Below are positions 1 through 10,333 of a stretch of 64,000 bases of DNA, piece after piece. Every line of letters starts with the position of its first letter. The first letter of the stretch is position 1. The translations under genes and the position numbers were made by a program. Origin of the DNA: Psammoneis japonica (lineage: Eukaryota); assembly GCA_008632985.1 (NCBI GenBank), contig QPGO01000024.1:511848-575847 (forward strand), written 5' to 3'. The notes beneath the pieces were generated by a model that saw only the letters and a list, made by a program, of their open reading frames with translations, searched no databases and was not told where the DNA came from.

Positions 1-2359
1 TTTCAATGAATGCTCTCACAACACTTGCCATGACACCCTTGTCAACTCAGAGGAATGCCATTCCATTGCACCTTTCTTCAACCCACTTCATCACAACCCC
101 ATCACCTGTTGGCATCAAGACCATCACCTGCAATGGTCTTCCTTTTCTCAACCCAAAGGATTTGCCCAAGGCTGTCCCCTGAGCCCCGCCTTTTCCTGCC
201 TTGTCCTCTCCCACACATTCAAGCCCATCAATGACGAGCTGCACCATCAGCTTCCTCCCCACTCCAAATCTGCCACCTCATCATGTGTTGACAACACCCA
301 CACACTCCCCCCCCCCCCCCCCCCTTTTTTCAACTCCCTTGGTTCCTCAAGCGCCTTTCTCCTCTTGGCCCTCAATTTGGAATCAAACTCAATGCATCCA
401 AAACCAAAATCCTTGTGTCTGCGTCCGGCACCTCTCCCATCAACTGCCTCCCACCTGCCAATGCTCAGGCCCTCTCCAAAGCCCTCTCCTTTCTCAATCC
501 CACCAATGACCCACAGGGCAAACCTGAACTCACATCCAGCATCCGCTTCCTCGGCCAACCCATCGGCTCCTTCACCTTCGCCATCAACTTCCTCCACAAC
601 AAAGCCATTTCCTTTGCCACAGACCTCCTGTGCCTCACCGACCGCCTCACCGACAAACAAACACAAAGCACCCTGTTCCGCACATGCTCCATCCCCTCTG
701 TCACCCACCTCCTTGCAGCTGATGCATGCTGCAATCTCAAGCGCTCCAATGACTTTTCAAACCCCCCCCCCNCCCCCCCCCCCCTCTCCAATGGGCATCT
801 CCTTTTGTTGACAAGGTCATCGGCCACTCCCTGCATTTCCTTGCTCATCTCATTGAACACACTGCTCCTTGCCCTCTGCAGCCAAACTCATTGCCAACCT
901 CCCTGTTTCATTGGGTGGCGTCGGATGCTGAGACATCTCTGCTGTTGCCATCCCTGCCCTCATCACCTCCCTTGCAAGATCAATGTGCCACACCAAACAC
1001 ACGGCATCCCACTCACCGGTGGTGATGTTTTTCATCTTCCTTTGAGCTGCTCTGCTGCTCTCAGCTCATGGTCTAACCCATGCTCCACCCTTGTTCCTTT
1101 TGTTGCATTTTCCACCACTGTGCTCCCATCCTCCTCCGATTTGACTCTTCCTCCTTCACCTTCCTGACACATGCTGTTGAACACCACAACCCACAAGGCC
1201 CACCGCAACGCCTTCACCTGTGTCGCCACCAAACCAACACTCTCCCTCAGATCCTTGCTGATCCTTCCATGCAACCTGCCCTTCTGTCCCTTCCATCTCC
1301 ACCAACAAGCTTGTGTCTTCACTCCTTCTCCCAAACTCCCGCCACCAACCGTCTCCCATCACATGTTTTCATGCTTCTTCTTCTCCGCAAACTGTGCCTT
1401 CCAACAATTTCTTCCACCTTTCTCCAACATGACTGCCCATGTGGCCACGCCCACCCAGACCCTCATAGAGACCATGCTTTTGAATGCTCCAAAATGCACA
1501 AAAGCCCACTGTCAAACCATGTCCGCGACACTGGGTGTCTGCACTGTCATCAAAACACTGGGCCCCCTTTGTGGCCTGTGTCTCTCCCGCCAACAAGTTC
1601 ATCTCAACCCAGCTGGTCTTTGGCTGATCACCCCCTCAAACGCCCCGCCAATGTTGGCATTCAACTCACCCCTGGCTCCACCACACCTGATGCTCCATCT
1701 GCCCACCACTTCGTGGCCATTGATGTCAATGTGGTGCCACCAGCACCCCGGCCTCCTGCATCTGGTTTGCCTGTCTCTGAAAACCCATTGAGCAAGGCTC
1801 ACCTCAGCAGCGCACAGGACAAGCTGCTTGGTTGCTCTGCACCATCTGCCCCAACTTCGATGTCATCGACGCCATCAACCAAGCCAGACTTTTCCTTCTC
1901 TCTTTTGCAGCATTCGACCATCTTGGTGGAATCAGGCGTCATTTTCACATTTTCTTCTTCGGCACCTCCACCTCAACATCCGCCTCCATCCCACCCCTTC
2001 CTCCCAAACCACCCTGGACAAGTCCAACCACCCTTTCCAACTCTCATGCATCCTTTTCCGCTTTTGCCAACTCACTGCTTGCCCCCTCCGACCTCCTCGC
2101 CCACTCCAACACGGCCTGGAAACAACTTTCTCCTGACCGTTTCGGCTCCTCTTACCACACCGCTACACCTCAACTTTGGGCCTCTCAAATCCTCAGCCTC
2201 AATTTCGGCTGCGCCCTCTCCCACCATCTCTCCTCATACCAGGATCAACTTGTTCACCATCCCACTCTTGCTGACGCGACATACAACTCTTCATCTCGAC
2301 CGTCTGTCTGTACTTTGGGCCCACCTTTTTTCGCTCCATCAGCTGTTGCCTTGGTTTAG
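1..2359 (+). mobile_element. Degenerate CRE-clade-like non-LTR retrotransposon (RT + zinc knuckle + restriction-like endonuclease), 5' part outside window
   Basis: RT motifs read across frameshifts: FNECS (pos 2), GFAQGCPLSP (~158-187), CVDN for YVDD (~284-295), IRFLGQPIGS (~541-570). Downstream are a CPCG..D..DHAFEC knuckle (~1430-1490), KRPAN..AIDVNV endonuclease-like motifs (~1640-1735) and AFDHLGGI. The final ORF ends at 2359. Confidence 0.85.
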
Positions 2360-2894
2360 TTTTTGCGAAGTCTGGGAGGCGTGGACTTTCCGAGTCAGCT
2401 TTTTGTATGATGCATTTCAACAAAGGCGTATAGTGTGTGATATCAAAATAACACTTAGATCTGTGCTAGTGTTAGAACAGCTTAGTGGCTTTTAGATGGC
2501 AGGCCCTCTAGCTAGCTAGAGTCGTACTCCGAGTAGATACCATCGCTCGACGACTAGCAGTAAAGTAGGGCCCCAAAGCGATCGCGATTATTGGATGGTG
2601 GGTTTTTGACTCCTTCGACCATTCATTTTCTACTTGATTTTCTACGGCGTTTTAGTACTGCCCCACGATTTTGACTTTCCCACGGTTCCATCACCAGCAA
2701 GCGCGCCTTGCTTCTTCCAACACACCATAGAACTAACTACGGTACTACTCTGTAATGCGTAAAACTCCGGCAACAAGCTACTGTAACCCAGGAGCGACAT
2801 TGACATTGGTTGCTTCAAATTGCATCGCTTCGTACGTCGTTTTATTGTAAATGGCTATCAGGGTATACTCTTATATCAAGCTTAAGGTTTCGTC

Positions 2895-3610
2895 ATGTCG
2901 GCACATTACTTACGCTCTCCGTTGACAGACTCGGTGTTGCCTGCGAAAGACATACCGCCCGTAAAGGTTTTGGTGTGTACCGAAGCTTTATGGTAAGAAG
3001 GCCCACTGCTCTTTTTTGTGGTTTCAAGCTGAAATGCCGCGTCTCGGGTTACTTACGGATGCATTTTAGCCCCGACTGCAGAGACTTTGACGTCAAGAAC
3101 CTGACGACGGCCTTCGAGAAGTTGGGAGATTCAGTTATTGATTTAAAATTGGTGCCATTCGGGAATGCAGTGATCAACAAGACTGCAAAGACGGTAGAAT
3201 GCCAGCATGGACTCGGAGAATGTGATGCCAACAGCTACGAACAGTGCCTTATAGCTGCGTATCCCGACCCCAACGATCATCTGCCGGTCATGTCGTGTCT
3301 GTTCCAAGAATTACCAATGGGCCATCACGACACAAAGATTTCCTCGTATATATTCGAAACATGCACTGTTACGAACAATCTTCAATTTGAAAACATTAAA
3401 TTCTGCCACGACAATTTCACCGCGTCTTGGGAACTGACAGAGGAAGCTGCCAGTGAGACACCATACCACGATCATGTACCTTGGATTGAAATTGAAGGCG
3501 CTTTTATGGATGACGAACAGATTGACTTCTTTACTGAAATTTGTAATGTGTACTCTGATCGTGGAGGCTACCATCCAGCCTGTTTTTCTACTCCAGGATT
3601 CACTGCATAG
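2895..3610 (+). CDS. Gamma-interferon-inducible lysosomal thiol reductase (GILT) family protein
   Basis: Splicing out intron 2993-3069 (GTAAG...TTTTAG) restores VKVLVCTEALC-PDC. The protein has LVPFGNA, the CQHGLGECDAN GILT signature and HVPWIEIEG. The start is uncertain: there is an in-frame ATG at 2895, but an upstream signal-peptide exon is possible. Confidence 0.85.
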
Positions 3611-3980
3611 AACTGCGAAGCTCTCTCACTCAGTTTCGAACAAACCATTATCTGAACGTAATAGGTGTTTGCTGGTTGCGGTGTCCATTTTTTTATTCGA
3701 TATCTACCTACTTTTGTGGCGATGAATTAACGACGGCATTCTTTTATGTAAGCAAGCTAAGCCGTACTTCCACAACTCCGAAAAATTGCGAGTCTGAGAT
3801 CGCTGGAGGCATGATTCCATCAGACTACACTGTATTTCAACTGTGTCGCTGACGTTGATAAAACTAGGTTCTTGTACTCGCCACGTGCTGGATAAGGTAC
3901 AACGCACTCCTTGATCTATCATCTCATGCAGCTCGACGCCCGAAACATGAATTGGTTTCTCGCGCTTTCAGACAAATCTA

Positions 3981-4489
3981 CTAGGCCGACTTGTCCTCGC
4001 CTTTCTGTTTCTTTACTTGCCCACCAACGGCTTTGGTTGTACTTTTGTGGCGAAACGGCGCATGTTCTGAAGCAATGCCTAATTCTTGCACCTTGTATTG
4101 AACCTCTTCTCCAACAGTGTTCGTCTGTTCCTTCACCGATGCCAAAATGAGTGTCTTGTGCAAGTCTGGCATAGATCGCACAAGAGACTGCATTGTCCGC
4201 CAATCCAATCGGTCGTCTAAAGTAAGATAGAGATCAAATAAGAAAAACATCAAAGGTCGAACGACGAATTATTGAAATACACCTGGGAGAGCGTCGGCAC
4301 CTTGATCGGCTTACCGGGTCGCACTACATGGACACAAAAGTCTGAATGAACACGGTCAGGGTCATCGGCGTACAAGACGAGCTCGCACCCAAACTGGAGA
4401 CCCGAATGTACTCGGTATCCTTTCCTCTCAAAGTGCCGACGGACAATACCAATTCTTTCTTCCCACGAGAGCGCGTCAAGCGACGACAT
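3981..4489 (-). CDS. tRNA-splicing endonuclease catalytic subunit (Sen2/Sen34-like), 2 exons
   Basis: GYRVHSGLQFGCELVLYADDPDRVHS matches the tRNA intron endonuclease catalytic motif. GTAAG donor at ~4314. Exon 2 encodes DWRTMQSLVRSMPDLHKTLIL. Confidence 0.8.
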
Positions 4490-5462
4490 AAATAAACAAA
4501 AATCAAGTTCTGAATTTTCTATCTACCGTAGTTTGAAGTTTGATTCTACAACATTGAGCTCTTGTTCGGCCGAGTATGATACAGATAGGGCCTAGGCCAT
4601 TGCAAATCGCAAATTCAAAATCGAAGCAAGCTCGTCGCTCGTCGCTGGGCCAGGACGTCGGACAGGCGGACAGGGCACATCCAAGATAGATAGATAGATA
4701 CTCTACTACTGTACTCTCTAGCTAGAGTAGAGTGTAGAGTAGATACTCCGGAGCACCGGTAGATAGCTAGCTCTTGCCAAGAGTAGATGGCCAAAATTCG
4801 AAATTTTGGCATTGGCTGGCACGTGGCACGTGGCACGTCTTTTTTTCTTTTTTCTACCGTACAAGTATTCGAAATCTTGCAACAAAAGGATTCTGGAAGT
4901 GCTAGGTGTCTAGTACGTTAAGAAAAACCAATACAAGCTGCATAGTGAGGAGCGGCTAACAGGGAAAAGGCGAGAGGGCGAGGGAAACTTGTGGACACTT
5001 TTAACGACTGCAGTAGAGCGGCGCCAGTCCTGAAGCGTCAAACCAGAAGAACAAGAGATATAACTTTGGCAACCGACAAGACGTCGTTTCTTCTTATGAT
5101 GCAGAGAATTAAGAGTTAACTTGATCCGATTCAGCCAAGACAATTGTTCGGGGACCTAACATCACTGCGTTCGAAGCCCGGCAGGCACGCGCAATCTCGG
5201 CATGCACTGCTAGGAACGTGCTGTCGTGTCGTCCACCTGGCTGGAATTTTCAAAGCACCAGGCACGAATTGAAATGGCCATCTAGTCTCAGCCCGTTGCA
5301 GCAACGAAACTGTTCATTGGTTTCGCTCACCCCGAATGACGAAAAATCGATTGCCTTTCTTAAACGTTCGTCTCCGCAATCCACGAAGTATGCCCGTGCT
5401 GGATGCGCCAGTACATAATATCCTTTTCGCTTTAGATGGAAGCCAAGCCTCCTCGACAACTA

Positions 5463-6131
5463 TCAGGTAGGACAAAGGGCTCGTACAAACTTTCTCTTCC
5501 TTTCTATTCGCTGGCTTGCAGTCTTCGGATAACTCGCGATGGAATTGCGATAGTCGAGCAACACAGCCTTATGGTCTGCATAGTATTCTTCGTCACGATA
5601 CTTATCAATGTCTGCAATGTTGATAAGCTGGACATCCCTGGCGTCGTCAGCAGCGGTTGGGTGGGCGCCTTTAGACACGTGCGCCACAAACACTGCTGAT
5701 GCCGTGTGCCGACGATCATCTCTGCGTGGGTCTGAGTAGATACCAAACAGTTTCAGAAAATCCTCCTTTACAGCAATGGCCATTTCCTCCTGTAGTTCCC
5801 GTACGACCGCTTGCTGTACGGTCTCTCCGACATTTACAAAACCTCCCATAATTGCGAGCTGACCTGTGTCCTTTCGTCGCACCAACCAAATCGAATCATC
5901 CTGAGATTCCGAAGTTGTCACGAGGATCAAATCAATAGAAAGACTAGGTGTACACATACAATAGCCATCAAAATCGCTGCACCAACACGAGCCGTGCTGT
6001 TCGCTCGACAAACTCCCGCCATGCCAAACCAAGTCTTCTCTCTTTATTTCTTTCGTATTGAGATTGGTGCGTAATAAAAGCACCACATTGAGAACTAAAG
6101 AGAGGAATGTAAGTGCCTTCTGCAGCGACAT
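5463..6131 (-). CDS. Nudix hydrolase with N-terminal hydrophobic anchor/signal
   Basis: Nudix box GGFVNVGETVQQAVVRELQEEM and YSDPRRD.R.H. The likely start is MSLQKALTFLSL at 6131. The longer ORF extension runs into TE-derived sequence. Confidence 0.88.
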   Translation of the reverse strand: MSLQKALTFLSLVLNVVLLLRTNLNTKEIKREDLVWHGGSLSSEQHGSCWCSDFDGYCMCTPSLSIDLILVTTSESQDDSIWLVRRKDTGQLAIMGGFVNVGETVQQAVVRELQEEMAIAVKEDFLKLFGIYSDPRRDDRRHTASAVFVAHVSKGAHPTAADDARDVQLINIADIDKYRDEEYYADHKAVLLDYRNSIASYPKTASQRIERKRKFVRALCPT

Positions 6132-6279
6132 CTTGTTTTGGAAAATGCCTTGTGCGTTTCGATGAAGAGTACGATGCCGCCGCATGGTTGCATTCGCAGT
6201 TTGCCGCAAAGTGCAATGCACATTATTTGTGATTGTGTGCCGAGGTGCGTTGAACCGAAAGGCTCGAAACCGCCGGCGC

Positions 6280-7479
6280 GCACGGCCGTTGAGATCAAAA
6301 AATGCCACACAGTCGGTCATGTCCTGTGTCGGATCACAAAGCTCATTGAGACATGCAACACATGGCCTCACCATCAACAAGGGTGTGCCTTCCACCTTCC
6401 AACCCTTTCACGCACACTCTCTACTGGTACAAACATGGGCACTTCCCGCCAGCTTCCGAACCTCTGTCTGGTGCTCAAACAATGCTGCAGCAGCACCGAC
6501 CCCTCCTTGCTCCCCATCATTTGCAGCACCGCCCCCCTCCTTGCTCCCCATCATTTTTTAACCCTGCGCCTCATGCCCTGCTTCTCCAGCCTCCTTTGCA
6601 AACAAGAGTGTGCCATCGGACAATCTCTCATGACCACTGCTGCAATTGCTTCCAACAAGAGCTTGAGAGGCTCTCCACCTCAGCTCCCACCACTTGTGCA
6701 TTCCCCCGCTGTCTCTGGGGTTGCAAGCCCTCCCCTCGCTCCCTTGCCCCCACTCACTTCCAAGCCAACCCCAATGTTGCAGAAGACAAGTGTTCACCTG
6801 CCAACTTCTTTGGACCAACCCAGTGCCATTTGTTGCCCTTGTTGCAAAGGAGGCACAGCCAACCTGTGCCAGCGAGACTGCCCTTTGTGTTGCCCAGATC
6901 TCCAAGGGCACAACACCACGCTGGTGGCAAGTGCCACCTGCAACAGCATCTTTGCCATTTTGCAAAACCATTGGCCCTCTGCCAGGCATCTGTTGCAGCT
7001 CTGCCACTGTTCAACATGAGCCAACTGACCTGATCCCTTGCTTCCCTTCAAAGCCACCTGCCTGCTTGCCCTTGGCTGCCTTCCGAGCAACATTGCCATT
7101 CCCAAGCTGCTGTCCACCAGCTCCTGGCTTGCCCACTCCTGCCCTTGGCCCTTTTGCTGAGGCACAGCACATGAGCATCAAATGAAAATCACAGAAAAGC
7201 CACAAAGTGCAGCATGGGCCAACCGTGATGGCCTCCTTCCTCAACCAAGCTGGAGCACACCTCACATCTTTCGCAGCTGTTGACCACCTCAGAGTTCCTG
7301 GCTGCTTTGCACATCACTTGGTCTCTGGATCAGATCATTAAAAACCCACCCCCCCTGCTCTGCCAGCTCTCCCTTGGATGACAGAGTCTTCCTTTCAACA
7401 CCACTCACTGCTTCTTGAGCTGCCTGCATGCCATCACACAGCTTTTTCCCACCCATGTGGAGCTCCACTGGCCATCACA
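6280..7479. mobile_element. Unclassified degenerate TE-derived block (TpA/CpG-depleted)
   Basis: Same TA-free, CA/TG-rich composition as the identifiable TEs. No confidently recognisable domain. Confidence 0.5.
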
Positions 7480-8393
7480 GACTTGTTCCAGACTTAGGTG
7501 GCGCGCACATGCCCCTTTTCGCAGAAAAAATAATTTTTTAATGCTTTATCGAACACCGTACATATTTAATAAAATTGATCATATCAATGGCTTATAAGTA
7601 AAATAAACAGAATAAACTCGAACAAACAAACAGCCAAACCGGCCATGGCTTTCAGTGACCATGACGGCCCACTTTTTTCAGCCTTATGGAAAATTGAATG
7701 TCATGACCACGATCTCCGTATTTGATATAGTCTGTGTCATCAACAACAATAGTGAAAATGCTTGTTGAAGGCTGCAGCGCGGCACAATAATGCTAAATCT
7801 GTCAGCAACAACAATTGAGCCTCTATTCACTCACAATTTGCCTCTAAGGACCATTTCTTTTCTATTACCATGTATATTTCCTCAATATATTCGACTGATT
7901 CAAGTGTATCAATCGTTTATGCCTTTTAAACCGTGAAAAATGGTCCGAAGTCGACGCCATTGCGTGGGCTGAGCTACACTTCTTCTCTCGTCGTCCTAAA
8001 CTTATTAATCAACGAATGCTTTATTCGATCCGTTGAGTGTAACTCATATTCGCGTATGAAAACAAAATATCAATTATGCTATGTTAAAGACTTAATTTAT
8101 ATATATTAATAATATGTTATATGTTTCTTGTTACATTTAGGCATATATAAATCGCTCATCGGAAAATTCGAGCTCTCAACTTACGGTACAATTTAGCGAC
8201 TAATAACTGAGTCCATCAACAGTTTCGAATACATGGGTACACGCACAAGACAATTCTGTATGTACCCATAACAACACATTTGTAAATTGTTATGTTTTTA
8301 CTATCGAAAATGGTACCGCAAGTGTGGACCGCGCGTTTCATGCAAAAAGGGTCATTTTTTCGCGCGTGAGTGCACCTGAGTCTGGAACAAGTC
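7480..8393. mobile_element. Non-autonomous TIR DNA transposon (MITE), 914 bp
   Basis: 21-bp TIRs GACTTGTTCCAGACTTAGGTG (7480-7500) and CACCTGAGTCTGGAACAAGTC (8373-8393), one mismatch. CACA flanks both sides (7476-7479, 8394-8397). The interior is AT-rich and non-coding. Confidence 0.85.
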
Positions 8394-10333
8394 CACAGAT
8401 GCCTGGAAAAACACATCATCATTGTTGCATTTTGGACTCACCTGTCATGCTGACCCACCCTCTTTGTGGGGCTTGCAAAGCCTCTGCCTCTTGGTTGCCA
8501 AATCCCTGACCCAGCACAGCTGCCCCACTGTTAATCCAGAATGTCAAACCCCCAGCTTGTTGTTCCCTCTGCAAAACCCCTGCAGTGTGCTGCCTGCTGC
8601 ATGGCCCATTTCCACTTGGCTCAACCATCTGTCATGCTCACAGTGCCACAGGAGGGGGGGGGGGGGTGCTGTGACATGCAAGCTTCTCACCTGGTGCATG
8701 CAGCCACTTCATGTGAAGATGTTGCACAGTGTGGAACATCGTCAATCTGATGCATGATTTTTTTTTTGAACAAAACTTGCTGAACCTTGCTCATGCCATG
8801 ACAAATTTGAATTCCCTCAGGTTGTTGCTGACACTGCCATTTTTCTCCCTGCAAGCATTGCTCATTTTTCCTTTGATGGACATGCTCCAGCCCCTGGTGG
8901 GAGACTGTGTGAGACATTGGCGCTGCAGCCAGAATTCTGTGTGCAAGCTCCACAGCATCATGGCACATTGGCCAATGGACACATTTGTCTTTTGACATCT
9001 TTGAACAAGCACAACAAATCACCCTGTGCAAAAATTGTCAAAACTTGTTCAGTGGGATGGCCCAACAACTGCCGCACTGCAAAATGACATGTGACACATC
9101 TCAAAAAGTGCAAGGTCCCACACCCAGAGCTAGAGCACATTGACAAAAGAGAAGGTGCCTCCAATGTTCATGGCTCACACCAGAGTGGCAGAGAGCATTG
9201 TGCTGAGTGGTTTCAAAAGGTTGTGAGAAATGCATGCTCAGAGCCCTGAAAACAAAAAAAGCTTTAGCAACCAGCAACAGCTGACCCCACTGTGGTGTTT
9301 TGCTGCACAGTTTGCAAAAAAAGATGATTGGACACCTCAAACAACTGGTGCTTTTTGCTTGGTGGTGTGGTTGGCTGGGTGCAAGCAGGGGTGCACAAAC
9401 AAAATGGAGACAGGGCTTTTGCACGGTCTGAACAAAAACTCAGCAGCAGCCAGTGAGGAGGGCCTTTCACACTGGCACAAGTGGTCCATGTGCCTTTTCC
9501 CCACCAGCAAGGAGCAGCTGCATCATTTGTGTGCAACAGCTTGGTTGGTGGCAAGAAAGCTCTGCAGCTTGCAGCTGCACTGAGAAACCAAACTTGAGAC
9601 AGAGGCAAGTCAATCACATCTTCCAAGCTTGCCACAGACTCAGCAAGAGCCAAATCTCTAACATGCACAGCTTTTTGATGTCAAGAAGCACTTCTTGCAA
9701 TTTGCCTTTAACAAAAAAGATTGGAAGTCAGCAAACCCAGCTGCCAACCACAATTGTGCTTGTTTGTTCAATGGGTTTTTGCTCCTTTTGTCAAACAGCA
9801 CAAGTTTTGCCTCTCCCACATTGCCAAGCACATGTCAGCCTGTCTGAGATGGCACAATTGCCGCCAGCCCAAAAGCCACCATCTGATGTGCAGCTGTGGC
9901 CCCTGCCCTGATGGCACACATCATGCTAGAGCACAATGGATGAGATGAATCTGTGACCAACAACATGATTGACTAGAAAGTGCACACCACCTTGGCACAA
10001 CATGTTTCAAAGAAGCACATGTCCTCATCAAGCTGATCCAAAATGTGCTCTCCACAAACAAGATTGTCAACCAACACAATCCAGCATGTGGCCTCATCAC
10101 ATTGTTGTGCTTGTGAGCATCCAATAGAAGACCAAGATCATGTGCTCAAATGCTGTCACGACAATGCCTGGTGACATGCCTTTCTGCAAAGCCTCTGCAA
10201 GCATTGTGACAAGATTGATGCCATGCCCCCTTGCTGTGTGACTTTCTTCTGTGGCCATGCAACCAGATGGTTTGCAAGCAAGGTGTGTGCCTCATGATCC
10301 TGACAGAATGCCGAAGGTCGACAGTGACAGAGG
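8394..10333. mobile_element. Unclassified degenerate TE-derived block
   Basis: TA- and CG-depleted with fragmented Cys/His-rich ORFs. Family not determinable. Confidence 0.5.

Noticed and set aside
763..784. Poly-C tracts (also ~307-323) and the single N
   Set aside because: Homopolymer runs of unreliable length with no functional inference.
1080..2495. 471-aa ORF and other long ORFs in TE blocks (e.g. 34823-35902, 36178-37680, 45782-46708) as host genes
   Set aside because: They are mosaic frames of degenerate retroelements or stop-depleted DNA, with almost no Tyr and motifs that switch frames.
7540..8340. AT-rich island as a centromere
   Set aside because: It is under 1 kb and bounded by TIRs, so a MITE explains it better.
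10130..10270. CHDNAW...GH as the YDNAC motif of a KDZ/Zisupton-type transposase
   Set aside because: A single short resemblance in heavily mutated sequence is not enough to classify the element.
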